Shown here: in pieces, positions 1 through 9,851 of the stretch
Position numbering within the stretch: the first letter of the stretch is position 1
How the letters are laid out: each line of letters begins with the position of its first letter
Assembly: GCA_028275705.1 (NCBI GenBank)
Contig: JAPWUD010000004.1
Span: 22,001-86,000 of the forward strand
DNA length: 64,000 bases
DNA from: Desulfurococcaceae archaeon
GTDB lineage: Archaea > Thermoproteota > Thermoprotei_A > Sulfolobales > Desulfurococcaceae
Direction of reading: 5' to 3'
Notes under the pieces: generated by a model
The model's database searches: none
The model's input: only the letters and a program-made list of their open reading frames with translations
What the model was told of the DNA's origin: nothing
Made by a program: the position numbers and the translations under genes

Positions 1-543
1 GGTGTGGGTAGACTGGCATTTGATCCAATTGTAGCGTTTAAACCCAATAATGCCTACCCCCACGCAGTGCCAGGCAGTAAGAGAATTGCCCCTAGAGACC
101 TAGTGTTAATTGATGTAGGCGTTAAAATTAATGGTAGATGCAGCGACTTAACGAGGATGATACTGAAGAAGAGGCCGTTGCCGGAGGAGAGGAGGAGCAT
201 TGAAGCAGTTGTAGAAGCTGTTGAAACAGCAATAGATACCATCGCGCCAGGCGTTAAAGCCAGCGATGTCTATGAAGCCTCAGCCCGTGTACTCGAGAAA
301 TATGGTTTAAGAGAGAAGTTTATACACGGACTCGGGCATGGAATTGGAGTTGTTGTCCACGAGCCTCCATACTTAAGGCATGGAAGTGACGCCGTACTCG
401 AGCCTGGGATGATTTTCACTATTGAGCCTGGAGTGTATATTCCGGGGAGGTATGGTGTTAGAGTTGAGGAGGATGTGTTGGTTACTAAGAAGGGTAAGCG
501 TGTACTGAGTTATAGTCTAGACGAAGTATTGGAGTCTCTCTAA
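1..543 (+). CDS. Xaa-Pro aminopeptidase/prolidase (M24B), 5'-truncated by window edge
   Basis: Motifs HGLGHGIG..VHEPP, FTIEPGVY, GVRVEEDVLVT. Confidence 0.92.
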   Translation, partial: GVGRLAFDPIVAFKPNNAYPHAVPGSKRIAPRDLVLIDVGVKINGRCSDLTRMILKKRPLPEERRSIEAVVEAVETAIDTIAPGVKASDVYEASARVLEKYGLREKFIHGLGHGIGVVVHEPPYLRHGSDAVLEPGMIFTIEPGVYIPGRYGVRVEEDVLVTKKGKRVLSYSLDEVLESL

Positions 544-548
544 TAATC

Positions 549-1352
549 CTATAGTTTTTCAACAAGTGCTTTGAATAAATTATTGTTCTGTGAAATAATT
601 ATTTTCTCGATTCTCTCAATTCTATTAATACTTATTTCCTCAATACGGGGGATTGTAAAGAGCCCTGCTTTGAAAACCTCTGCTATGGCCATTGCCACTG
701 CGACATCGCTGTTTCTGAGTTTACCGGTTAAGTGTATGAATGCGCTAATTGAACCTATTGATGCGTAAATAGCCTCCAGCGATGCAGAGCCCATAGTTCT
801 GATCTTCAACCCCCGTCCAATGCCCCTAGAAACCTCTAGTAGTGCTTGGAGGTGCTGGGGGTTCTCAGTGTATATGGATAAAACTAGATCGCTCTCACTC
901 TGCTTCCTAGTTAAAACTCTACCATTGTAGTAAATATTGTTATTGCATAGCTCGTATATTTCATTAGTAAAAACACTTCTAACTACTCCATAAATAGGCT
1001 GAGTAATGAGTGATCCAGGCTTGTAGACAGCTAATGATACTGAAGCAAATGGAATTCCAATAGAGTAGTTGAGGCTTCCATCGAGTGGGTCAACGAGGAC
1101 TATGTAATCGATACTAGAACCAATAGACCTAGCACCCTTCTCCTCGCCAACAACGAGGGCGTTTAAACCATTGGACTTTAATGCGTCTACAATATAGTCT
1201 TCGGCTATAATGTCTATTCTCCTAGATACATCACCACTAACACCATAACCAGTAACCTCAATGTAGTCTTCTCTACCATAGAGTTCTCTAAGTAGTGAAG
1301 CAGTATAATCGACTATCTTTCTAAACACTGAGTATATATCCATGCGGAACAA
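549..1352 (-). CDS. Inositol monophosphatase / fructose-1,6-bisphosphatase (FIG superfamily)
   Basis: GEE, VDPLDGSLNY, RTMGSASLE and DVAVA motifs. Confidence 0.9.
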   Translation of the reverse strand: MFRMDIYSVFRKIVDYTASLLRELYGREDYIEVTGYGVSGDVSRRIDIIAEDYIVDALKSNGLNALVVGEEKGARSIGSSIDYIVLVDPLDGSLNYSIGIPFASVSLAVYKPGSLITQPIYGVVRSVFTNEIYELCNNNIYYNGRVLTRKQSESDLVLSIYTENPQHLQALLEVSRGIGRGLKIRTMGSASLEAIYASIGSISAFIHLTGKLRNSDVAVAMAIAEVFKAGLFTIPRIEEISINRIERIEKIIISQNNNLFKALVEKL

Positions 1353-1411
1353 CCAGTCTACTAGGTAATATTTTGGTTAGTTATATAGATTATGGAAAGA
1401 GGTACTAGAGC

Positions 1412-1912
1412 TTGGCAAGTGTTAACCAAGCCCCTAAACTAATAGTTACTTGTAGAACTGGGCATGTAGAGCTATGTATGCATGAAATTGGAAACGTACT
1501 GTATGTGAAAGACCCCGGTTTGAAGATTGCTGAATCTGGTTTCCAAGATGTTTTATTCGTGTACACTAATCTAGCCCTGGAGAAAGCTTACGCTGTTGTT
1601 GCTCATAGAGAGTATGGATTTGTAGAAGGCATTATACCTGTAAACTGTGTTCTCAAAGTCCCGCTAATAGATGTAGATATTGAGAAGTGCTTAGAGTCCT
1701 TGAAACCACCGGGAATAGTTAAGTTAAAGGTGAGGAGTAGAGGAGTGAGGGAAGCTAGTAGCAAGCTGTTTAGACTATTTGCCGAGTTGTTGAAGAAACA
1801 TGGTTCAAGCCACGACTCTTCATCGAAGATTTGCCTCTATGTAGAGATTTTCCCAGAGAACGTCTATATTGGTCTTGGTTCTTGCCAACCAGTTTTTAAG
1901 GCATTGTCTTAG
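1412..1912 (+). CDS. THUMP-domain RNA-binding protein (Tan1-like)
   Basis: N-terminal LIVTCRTG, then KLKVRSRG...LYVEIFPENVYIG pattern typical of THUMP; size fits. Confidence 0.65.
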   Translation: MASVNQAPKLIVTCRTGHVELCMHEIGNVLYVKDPGLKIAESGFQDVLFVYTNLALEKAYAVVAHREYGFVEGIIPVNCVLKVPLIDVDIEKCLESLKPPGIVKLKVRSRGVREASSKLFRLFAELLKKHGSSHDSSSKICLYVEIFPENVYIGLGSCQPVFKALS

Positions 1913-1948
1913 AATTGGTTAAGTGAAAGTTTCGGTGTTTTCGAAACT

Positions 1949-3181
1949 ATGAGTGACACGTGGAGGATTATAGAGGAGGAGCTGAGTAAACCCTCGTTGT
2001 TTAGGAGTAGAGAGAGCCTTATGCCGGAGCACTTGCCTGATAAGCTTCCACACAGGGAGAGTGAGATTAGGAGTCTTGTATCCTACTTCAAGCACCTTGT
2101 TCACGATCCCGGTTCGATTTCACAGAGGGTTTTAATTATTGGTGGAGTTGGTACTGGTAAAACTGCTTTGTCAAAGCTATTTGGGAAGATATTTACTAGG
2201 ACTGCGCGTGAGAAAGGTTATAATGTCTCCTATGTGCATGTTAATTGCCATAGAAACAGGACGCTGTATAATATAATATATGATGTTGCTAGGCAACTAG
2301 CACTACCCATTCCATCGAGGGGTTTGTCTGCTAAGGAGATGTTTGATGCACTCTTAGTATTCCTAGATGAACTCGACCAATACGTGATTGTGGCTTTAGA
2401 TGAATTCCACTACTTCGCGAGTTTATCTCAATCAGACGCTGTATACTTCCTCGCGAGGACTTACGAAGCGTATGAAGGATCTAAAAGGATAAACTTCGTA
2501 TTTATAGCATCAGATACGTCCAAACTAGCCTTCCTAGACCCCGTTACCGAGGGTTATCTACTGAGGCATGTAATTAAGCTACAGCCATATACATCTACAC
2601 AACTACACGATATATTGAAGTATAGGGCATCTATAGCTTTCTTCGAGGGTGTATACGATGACGAGGTATTGAAGGCTATTGCAGACTATGAGGGTGTAGA
2701 TAAGGGTGGTGGGGGGAATGCAAGGCACGCTCTCGAGGCACTACTCTTAGCTGGAGACCTCGCTGAGAAGGATGGAGCTAGGAGAATTACTATTGAACAC
2801 GTGAGGAGGTCTCTTGCAAGTCTTTCAAGAGAGATTGTTAGTGTTAGTGAGTTCATTAAACACAGCTCCCTCCACGAGCTACTAGTACTACTAGCTATTA
2901 TCAAGTTACTAAGGAGGAGTGGTGTTAGAGAAGTGAAAATAGGGGATGTAGAGGAGGAGTATAGGTCTATATGTGAGTACTATGGTGAGATACCTAGGAA
3001 GCACACGCAGATCTACGAGTACATACAGAGCCTATCGAGGGCTGGAGTTATATCTGCACACCCAAGTGGTAAGGGGCATAGGGGTAGGTCTACAATGGTA
3101 TCCGTAGATTATGGTCCACTAGACGTATTGGAGAACTATGTTGTTGAAACAATAAAGAAGAGGCGGGAGCTTGGCCTATAA
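1949..3181 (+). CDS. cdc6: Orc1/Cdc6 replication initiator
   Basis: LPHRE, Walker A GGVGTGKT, VNC, Walker B ALDEF, PY...L.DIL..R, GNARHA, C-terminal winged helix with G.RGRS. Confidence 0.95.
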   Translation: MSDTWRIIEEELSKPSLFRSRESLMPEHLPDKLPHRESEIRSLVSYFKHLVHDPGSISQRVLIIGGVGTGKTALSKLFGKIFTRTAREKGYNVSYVHVNCHRNRTLYNIIYDVARQLALPIPSRGLSAKEMFDALLVFLDELDQYVIVALDEFHYFASLSQSDAVYFLARTYEAYEGSKRINFVFIASDTSKLAFLDPVTEGYLLRHVIKLQPYTSTQLHDILKYRASIAFFEGVYDDEVLKAIADYEGVDKGGGGNARHALEALLLAGDLAEKDGARRITIEHVRRSLASLSREIVSVSEFIKHSSLHELLVLLAIIKLLRRSGVREVKIGDVEEEYRSICEYYGEIPRKHTQIYEYIQSLSRAGVISAHPSGKGHRGRSTMVSVDYGPLDVLENYVVETIKKRRELGL

Positions 3182-3449
3182 GGGGAGACCTGAGGATAAG
3201 ATAATAGAGGCATTGTGTAGGCTCAGGGAGTGCAATCTAAATACTCTAAGAAGAGAGATTGGTTTAAGCTACTACACGCTCATTAGAGCACTAAACAGCC
3301 TCGTATTGAGAGGAATTGTAGTTGAGAAGAGAGTTGGAAGACTCAGAGTTTTCAGAATTACTGAAAACCAGTTGTCTGCTTGTAGGGGCATGCATCCTTC
3401 TGGGAGATACACTTCTTCACAAAAGACCTCGTTAAATACCTCTCAGTGA
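3171..3449 (+). CDS. Small winged-helix (ArsR-like) DNA-binding protein
   Basis: CNLNTLRREIGLSYYTLIRALNSLVLRGIVVEKRVGRLRVF HTH-wing pattern; overlaps cdc6 stop. The C-terminal tail overlaps the convergent ORF and may be spurious. Confidence 0.7.
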   Translation: MAYKGRPEDKIIEALCRLRECNLNTLRREIGLSYYTLIRALNSLVLRGIVVEKRVGRLRVFRITENQLSACRGMHPSGRYTSSQKTSLNTSQ

Positions 3450-3579
3450 TCCTGCAGTATGCTAAGCAAAGAGACCCCGCTTCGTCATAAGTCCTCAACT
3501 CGAAAAATGGACACTCACTCTTCTCACTACATGGAATAACGTGTATAGGTGGATAAACCTCTCTAGGCTTACTACTCAA
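3358..3579 (-). CDS. Small Cys-rich hypothetical protein (possible metal-binding)
   Basis: 73 aa with six Cys (C..CPFF..C..YC..KC..CPY); divergent from tRNA-His. Confidence 0.5.
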   Translation of the reverse strand: MSSKPREVYPPIHVIPCSEKSECPFFELRTYDEAGSLCLAYCRITERYLTRSFVKKCISQKDACPYKQTTGFQ

Positions 3580-3696
3580 GACTCATACCCAAACATAGGA
3601 ATCAATAATGAAATCATTAAAAACCCCCATATAATCACTAAATATGGGCCCAGGCGGACTAGGTGAAGAAACCAGGCCACGTAGAAGGTGAAAAGT

Positions 3697-3799
3697 GGCC
3701 CGGGTAGCTCAGCCTGGATAGAGCGCCGGGCTGTGGATCCCTCGAGATGATGAGGGAGTAGAAACCCGGAGGTCCCGGGTTCAAATCCCGGCCCGGGCC
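3697..3799 (+). tRNA. tRNA-His(GUG) with encoded G-1 and 27-nt intron at 37/38 (3737-3763)
   Basis: Acceptor GCCCGGG (3698-3704)/CCCGGGC (3792-3798); anticodon stem CCGGG/CCCGG with GTG at 3733-3735; T arm CCGGG-TTCAAAT-CCCGG; G-1 opposite discriminator C; bulge-helix-bulge GGA / CTGT:GTAG / AAA closed by TCCCTC:GAGGGA; full CCA not encoded. Confidence 0.96.
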
Positions 3800-3823
3800 C
3801 TTAAATACTGTATTCTCGCTGCT

Positions 3824-4321
3824 TTACTTCTTCTTTAGAGTTAAAAGGATGTTTCTAACATCTTCAACTCTCTGCTTTATCTCTACAATTATGCCTGGCG
3901 GTATATCTACATCGCTCTCCCATAGATCCCTGATAGTGTTCAGTAAGTTGAGTAAGCCTATATCTAGTAGGATCTTTACTGCTTTCTCGACTTTGCCGAG
4001 AAGCTTCTCAATGTACTCTACTCGTGACTCAACGTATTTCCTTCCCTTTGGAGTTAGAGCGTAGATTTTTCTTCTATTACCACTCTTAGAGGTGATGAAT
4101 CCCTCTCTCTCTAGTTCCCGTAGGGTAGGATATAGTATACCGCTACTTGGGGTGTAAACCCCAAGTAGTTCACTTATAAAGCTTCTAATAGCATAGCCAT
4201 GTGCTTCCTCGAGTCTGTATAAAGCATATAAGACTACGTCTCTGAATATTCCCTTAATACCTTTAATACTTAGCTCTAAACCCATAGATTTTGATCTCTC
4301 GCTCTTTCCCAGCTTTAACAC
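3824..4321 (-). CDS. PadR-family transcriptional regulator
   Basis: HGYAI, SGILYPTLRELEREGFI, RKIYALTPKG motifs; true start may be the internal Met (MGLELS). Confidence 0.92.
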   Translation of the reverse strand: MLKLGKSERSKSMGLELSIKGIKGIFRDVVLYALYRLEEAHGYAIRSFISELLGVYTPSSGILYPTLRELEREGFITSKSGNRRKIYALTPKGRKYVESRVEYIEKLLGKVEKAVKILLDIGLLNLLNTIRDLWESDVDIPPGIIVEIKQRVEDVRNILLTLKKK

Positions 4322-4354
4322 CCCCTTGTACTTATAAAGTATTTTAGGTTTTTA

Positions 4355-4374
4355 ACTATGTCTAAAGACATAGT
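4355..4374. promoter_or_regulatory. Palindromic operator 1 (putative PadR site) ACTATGTCT-AA-AGACATAGT
   Basis: Perfect 9-bp inverted repeat in the padR/ABC divergent intergenic region; second copy at 5129. Confidence 0.75.
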
Positions 4375-4386
4375 CGACTAGAACTC

Positions 4387-5112
4387 GTGGTGCTTATGCG
4401 TGGTGAGGTATTGGTTTTAGAGAATGTAGTGAAGGTTTATAAGGCTAGTGGTGTTGAGACACAGGCCTTAAAAGGGATATCACTAAAGATCTACCGCGGG
4501 GACTTTATAGCAATAATGGGTCCATCGGGTTCTGGAAAAACAACTTTATTGAATATAATGGGGTTGCTGGATAAGCCAACGAGTGGTAGAGTATTAATTG
4601 ACGGTATTGAAGCATCTAGACTAAGTAGTAGTGAATTAGCTAGAATTAGGAATTATAAAATAGGTTTTGTATTCCAGTTCTTTAATTTAGTCAATAGGTT
4701 AACTGTACTAGAGAATATTGAAATGCCTTTAATACCGAGGGGTATACCAAGACCTAAAAGAGTTGAAATGGCCACTGTAGCACTTATAAAAGCTGCTGGA
4801 GACCCATCCTGGCTGCCCAAGAAGCCAAATCAACTATCAGGAGGCCAGCAACAAAGAGTAGCTATCGCAAGGGCTATTGTGGGTGAGCCTGAGATATTGT
4901 TAGCTGATGAACCCACAGGAAACATAGATACAGCTAGCTCGAAGATCGTGGTAAATACGTTCAAAAAACTAAATGAAGCTGGAGCCACAATAGTGGTTGT
5001 AACACATAACCCCGAGGTTGCTCACTGCACTCAGAAGATCTATATTATTAGAGATGGCTTGCTAATGAATATAATAAACCCGGATCCAAGTAAGTGCATT
5101 CTCAGTGCATAG
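4387..5112 (+). CDS. ABC transporter ATP-binding protein (LolD/MacB-type)
   Basis: GPSGSGKT, IGFVFQFFNL, LSGGQQQRVAIARA, DEPTGN, VTH. Confidence 0.95.
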   Translation: MVLMRGEVLVLENVVKVYKASGVETQALKGISLKIYRGDFIAIMGPSGSGKTTLLNIMGLLDKPTSGRVLIDGIEASRLSSSELARIRNYKIGFVFQFFNLVNRLTVLENIEMPLIPRGIPRPKRVEMATVALIKAAGDPSWLPKKPNQLSGGQQQRVAIARAIVGEPEILLADEPTGNIDTASSKIVVNTFKKLNEAGATIVVVTHNPEVAHCTQKIYIIRDGLLMNIINPDPSKCILSA

Positions 5113-5128
5113 AATGTTTTTAAGGGGG

Positions 5129-5146
5129 ATATGTCTGTAGACATAT
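5129..5146. promoter_or_regulatory. Palindromic operator 2 ATATGTCT-GT-AGACATAT
   Basis: Perfect 8-bp inverted repeat just downstream of a TTTTTAA TATA-like box, upstream of the 1558-aa gene; same TATGTCT-N2-AGACATA core as operator 1. Confidence 0.75.
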
Positions 5147-5162
5147 TATTGGCGAGTTAAAC

Positions 5163-8100
5163 ATGAATAGACTCTACAGAGCTCTAATGGGAGTTTTAAT
5201 CACACTATACGTAGTTATACCATTATTCCTCAGCTTGGTTACTGCTGAGGCTCCATTATTTACACTCATTAATTACAATTACAAATCTAGTGCTGGAGAG
5301 GAGGAGATATATCCGGGGAGTAGAGACGTTGCATTAACAGTCAATGTAAAGTACATTGGAGACTCCCCAGTATATGTGTCAGCTGGGTGTATTCAACTCC
5401 CCGCGGGATTTACACCTAGTAGGGGGTATAGTGCTTGTACACCACCACAGACTCCTAATGGTACAACATACGATATAATACACACTAATGACGTAGTAGT
5501 ATTTAACTACCACTTAGATGTTAGTACTGATGTAGCGCCTGGATCATACGTATTAAGCTTAATAATATACTATAGGATGCAGAATGCATCAGGCAGTGAG
5601 GTTTTAAACAATATAGTGATAGAGGTCTCTAATTACCCAGAGCTCTCGCTCACGGTGACAAATTGGTATTGGAGCCCAGCGGGCTATCCTGGTAGTGATG
5701 GAGTCTACCTCTACGTTACACTGAGAAATACTGGGGGTTCAAGGATTCTAAATGCACGTAGTGAAGCAAGGTTTCCCGAGGATGTATTCTCGCCATCCAC
5801 TATTAGTTTTCAAATAGCTAATATTGGTGAAAATGAGTATGCAACTATTGGGTTAGGCCCTATATCAATATATCCATCTGCAAATCCCAATATAACGTAC
5901 CAAGTTCAACTAGATCTAAACGCGACTATGAGTACTAATGATGGCGTTCAATACTATGCCCAGGGTTCAATAGTCTTCAGCGTCTCTTTAACCCCTCCAC
6001 CTGTAATTCACTTAGAGGTAGTTGATTATGGATTAGAGACTCCGAGGCCTGTTGAGGGCTTGAGGCAAGCTAGATTCTACATGATGATTGTTAACAAAGA
6101 CTTCAAAACTATTAGGAGTGTTACAGCGTATTATTACATAGCTACATCAGGTGCGGTATTCGTCAATGGATCATCCTCCTCAGTATCCATATTCGAGGCT
6201 ACACTGGGATACGGAAATGCAGCATCCATATACTCAGAGCCCATAGTACTTGGTAGTGTACACCAATTAGTCATTAAGGTATCTCTACTTATTTTTGGAG
6301 ACGATAATGGAGCAGAGTTCTGGAGCACTATAAACTATGAATTTGCAGTGAGCATTGAAGAGCCTTTGGTAGACCTCGAAGCGGTTAATGTATACTGGTC
6401 TAGCGGGGGTGTTTACCCTGGCAGTGAAAATGCTGTTTTAAACACAGTGTTGTTGAACAATGACATTGTAGATGTAAGGGATGCAGTAGTATCAATTACA
6501 CTTCCAGAGGGGTTTTACCCAAGGTGCTTAACAGTTAGCAATGTATTAGTTCAAAGGGGCTCAATGACTACTGTATCATTTACTGGGATTTCAATAAGTA
6601 ATAGTACAATACCCGGAGAATACCCCGCGATCTTGGTAATTCAGGGTGTGGCATGGGATTCATCTACAAACACTTACTATGCATTTACAGCAAACTACAC
6701 GGTAACGGTTAATGTCAGTAAAACCCCGGTGTTTAAGATACTCACGGTTGCCACTAGTGGCTGGATTGGTGGAAGAGCATACACTATTAGTGTTAACGCT
6801 GCTTTCTACGCATACCTCCAGGTTACGGCTCCAGGTTATACTATACGTGGATTAAAGGTCAAGGCTAATCTCCCAGATCAACTCTTATTCACAAATGGCG
6901 AAAAATACAGTACTGTAACCCTTGGAAACATCTATAGATACGGTGACTTCATATATGTAGAGTTCGCAGGTGTAGATGTAGTCACCGATAAGAGTGGACC
7001 TGTCCCCGTAGTATTAGAGGTAGAGGGCTTAGCGTCGATTGGTGGGGATTACTGGTTTAGAGAATACCACACTATACTACTACCCATAATAGAGCCTGGT
7101 TTGAACTTAACACTAGTAGATGCGTCCTGGAGTGTAAACCCAGTTAGCAGTGAGGCTAGTGAACTAGGAGTGAGTATTACAATGCAGTCGACATCTATAG
7201 ACACCATTACTTCCATTACAGCTCGTTTAACCCTAACCAATGCAGTGTATAGTAGTGGCAGGGAGGAGGCCATTGTTAGTGTACAGAGGCCGGTGAACTA
7301 TGGCGAGGTCTTTACACTGGACTTTACAGGGGTGAATATAAATGCCACGGCTTTGAATGCTGTACTCGAAGTATACGCGGTTTTATCTACTGGTAGGTCT
7401 ATGTATTATAGGGCTGTGAGAGTGTATAATGTCTCCATGAATACTCTCACAGAGTTGAATGCCTTTAGGATTATTGGAGTACACACGATGATTGCTGGTT
7501 CTTACACGCCGCTACTTCCATCTAGTAGAGGGGTATCAATAGTGATCGAGCTAGCCAATAGCAAGCCATACCAAGTATCCTGGATTCAAGTTAATGCAAC
7601 TGCTCCAAGCGATGTAAAAATAAATGATATCTCAGGTACGTGTGTAAATGGTTTAACTCCCGCGGGAACATGCACAATCACTCTAAATGTCGATGTATCG
7701 CCAAATGCTACACCGGGATCTAGGAGTATTGAATTACTACTAAAGTACGCTGTTGCCACAGCACAAGGAGTCTCATTGTTTTCTGAGAGACACGTAGTGG
7801 ACTTTGCTATTGCAGATACTAAGTACTATGAGCCGGAATTAAAGCTTGTTTCAATGTACTGGGGTGTTCAAGCACCAATGAGGGTACTCGTAAGTCAGAG
7901 GAATGTACCATTAAGCATAGTGATCATCAATACAGGTTACTACTCATTAGATGGAGTTTACGTGTATGTTAAGCCTTTGAATAACACTGTACTCATGGTT
8001 ACTGACTCCTCAATGTGTACTCCGAGGTTGACAACCGGGGCTTCCTGTAGTGTAACACTATATACGGATCTATCCATGGTTGAGAAGCCTGGAGAGTTAT

Positions 8101-9839
8101 TCTTCGAGGTTTCAGTAAACTACTTGTTCACGGTATTCAATACACTTATGGAGGGATCACAGGAGTTTACAGTTAAGCTGAGAGTAGATGAGTCTGCAAG
8201 TGGCTCTGGATTACTACTTGTTGATTCATCATGGGCTAACAACTGGCCTGTATATCCATTGACAGAGAACGCCACACTTCAAGTGATCTTGGCTAATAAA
8301 TGGCCTTATAGAATATCCGGCGTACAACTAGAACTAGTACTCCCACAGGGCTTCCACTCGAAGACAGGTAATGTAGCTCAAGCATACATACCCGGCCCTA
8401 TTAACAGCCTCCAAGAGCTAACAGCAGAGTTCACTATCAATATTGAGGGTGTTGAACCTGGGATATATACTGCTAAGCTGAGTGCTTCATACATTGTTGA
8501 GACTGGAACCCCGAATACACGTGTATTTGAGGATTATAATGTCTCACTTATAGTAAACAACCCATACTCTAGTATTCAGCCTATTATTGTAGATTGGATT
8601 GGCAGAGCGCCAGAGCCTCCGGAGTATGGTGCTTTACTAATGGTTGCTTTGAGGAATAATTTGAATCCAAGTATGAAGGGCCCGGTGTTAGAGTTGGAGT
8701 TGCCTGAGGGATTCCTCGATGCAGCATCTAATACATCACACATGAAGGTTATTGCTTCAAGTACAAATATACTCCAGCAAATGCAAATTCAACCACTTGG
8801 ATTACAGACTGCGGGGTTTAATCCACAGTTGATACAAGAGCTACTATCACAGGTTCAAACTGGTGGAGCTAGTGGTTTCACATATGGGGATGTACTCTAC
8901 TTCTACTTAAAGCTAAACATAGTAACGGGGAGAAGAGGTGTGTTTGTATTTAGTGGTAATTTGAGTTTTATTGACCACTGGAATAATAAAAGAGTTATTC
9001 CAATATCCTTCAATGTCAGCCTGCTTGGTTCATCGAAAATTATTGAAGTCTATGCACCAACATCGCTGAGGGTTGTGAATGGAACAAGCAATCTCAGTAT
9101 TAAAGTCTTGAACAACGGCTCTGCACCACTATACAATATCTACGTTTACCTCATACCATATGGTGGAATGCTCATTCCACAGGATGCAGTAAAGTATATT
9201 GATGAACTACCACCGGGTGAAATAGTGCTCGTCAACTACACGCTTATATATAATCCATTTGCTGTCGCCACTGGCGGAGTTCAGGCTTACCTAAGGTACA
9301 TGACCGCGCCATTCAATCTCGCTATTTCCTATAGAGATGTTTATGGCTATACAGGATACTATAACACGAGTATAGCTGTACTAGTTGAGCCATTTATAGA
9401 TTTAGTATTGTCTAGTACGAAGGCAACGTTAAGTGGTGGTACATTGAGTATATCTGGCGTTATACTGAATTATGGTATAGCAACAGCCAGGAGTATTGTT
9501 GTAAAGGCTGTATACATGGATAAATCAACTGAGACCCTGGTCGGAGACCTAGATCCAGCATCGCAGACGGCTTTTAGACTAGAGATGAGTGTGGGTTCTG
9601 GTGGTGGGGATAAGGTGTTGTTGATTGTAAGTTATAGGGATGAGTATGGTAGAGTTGAGGAATTAAACTACACGCTTAGTATTAATAGAGTAGAATCTAT
9701 TGCTACAACAACTCCAAAGCAGAGTGAGGGATTGTTGCCGGGTTACGCCACAGTGTCTATATCTGTAGTTGTGTTTCTCGCTGTTGTTGCATTATTAATA
9801 TACAGGTATTTGAAGAAGCATGGTTTGAAAACACCATAG
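5163..9839 (+). CDS. Large secreted, membrane-anchored S-layer-domain (COG1361-like) protein
   Basis: Signal peptide, repeated beta-sandwich units (W...YPG...L.V.L.N...LP.GF), C-terminal TM helix plus basic tail; lies between ABC ATPase and permease. Confidence 0.8.
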   Translation: MNRLYRALMGVLITLYVVIPLFLSLVTAEAPLFTLINYNYKSSAGEEEIYPGSRDVALTVNVKYIGDSPVYVSAGCIQLPAGFTPSRGYSACTPPQTPNGTTYDIIHTNDVVVFNYHLDVSTDVAPGSYVLSLIIYYRMQNASGSEVLNNIVIEVSNYPELSLTVTNWYWSPAGYPGSDGVYLYVTLRNTGGSRILNARSEARFPEDVFSPSTISFQIANIGENEYATIGLGPISIYPSANPNITYQVQLDLNATMSTNDGVQYYAQGSIVFSVSLTPPPVIHLEVVDYGLETPRPVEGLRQARFYMMIVNKDFKTIRSVTAYYYIATSGAVFVNGSSSSVSIFEATLGYGNAASIYSEPIVLGSVHQLVIKVSLLIFGDDNGAEFWSTINYEFAVSIEEPLVDLEAVNVYWSSGGVYPGSENAVLNTVLLNNDIVDVRDAVVSITLPEGFYPRCLTVSNVLVQRGSMTTVSFTGISISNSTIPGEYPAILVIQGVAWDSSTNTYYAFTANYTVTVNVSKTPVFKILTVATSGWIGGRAYTISVNAAFYAYLQVTAPGYTIRGLKVKANLPDQLLFTNGEKYSTVTLGNIYRYGDFIYVEFAGVDVVTDKSGPVPVVLEVEGLASIGGDYWFREYHTILLPIIEPGLNLTLVDASWSVNPVSSEASELGVSITMQSTSIDTITSITARLTLTNAVYSSGREEAIVSVQRPVNYGEVFTLDFTGVNINATALNAVLEVYAVLSTGRSMYYRAVRVYNVSMNTLTELNAFRIIGVHTMIAGSYTPLLPSSRGVSIVIELANSKPYQVSWIQVNATAPSDVKINDISGTCVNGLTPAGTCTITLNVDVSPNATPGSRSIELLLKYAVATAQGVSLFSERHVVDFAIADTKYYEPELKLVSMYWGVQAPMRVLVSQRNVPLSIVIINTGYYSLDGVYVYVKPLNNTVLMVTDSSMCTPRLTTGASCSVTLYTDLSMVEKPGELFFEVSVNYLFTVFNTLMEGSQEFTVKLRVDESASGSGLLLVDSSWANNWPVYPLTENATLQVILANKWPYRISGVQLELVLPQGFHSKTGNVAQAYIPGPINSLQELTAEFTINIEGVEPGIYTAKLSASYIVETGTPNTRVFEDYNVSLIVNNPYSSIQPIIVDWIGRAPEPPEYGALLMVALRNNLNPSMKGPVLELELPEGFLDAASNTSHMKVIASSTNILQQMQIQPLGLQTAGFNPQLIQELLSQVQTGGASGFTYGDVLYFYLKLNIVTGRRGVFVFSGNLSFIDHWNNKRVIPISFNVSLLGSSKIIEVYAPTSLRVVNGTSNLSIKVLNNGSAPLYNIYVYLIPYGGMLIPQDAVKYIDELPPGEIVLVNYTLIYNPFAVATGGVQAYLRYMTAPFNLAISYRDVYGYTGYYNTSIAVLVEPFIDLVLSSTKATLSGGTLSISGVILNYGIATARSIVVKAVYMDKSTETLVGDLDPASQTAFRLEMSVGSGGGDKVLLIVSYRDEYGRVEELNYTLSINRVESIATTTPKQSEGLLPGYATVSISVVVFLAVVALLIYRYLKKHGLKTP

Positions 9840-9851
9840 AGGGGCTTAGAG

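Noticed and set aside
1353..3696. oriC adjacent to cdc6
   Set aside because: Intergenic gaps are short and I see no ORB repeats.
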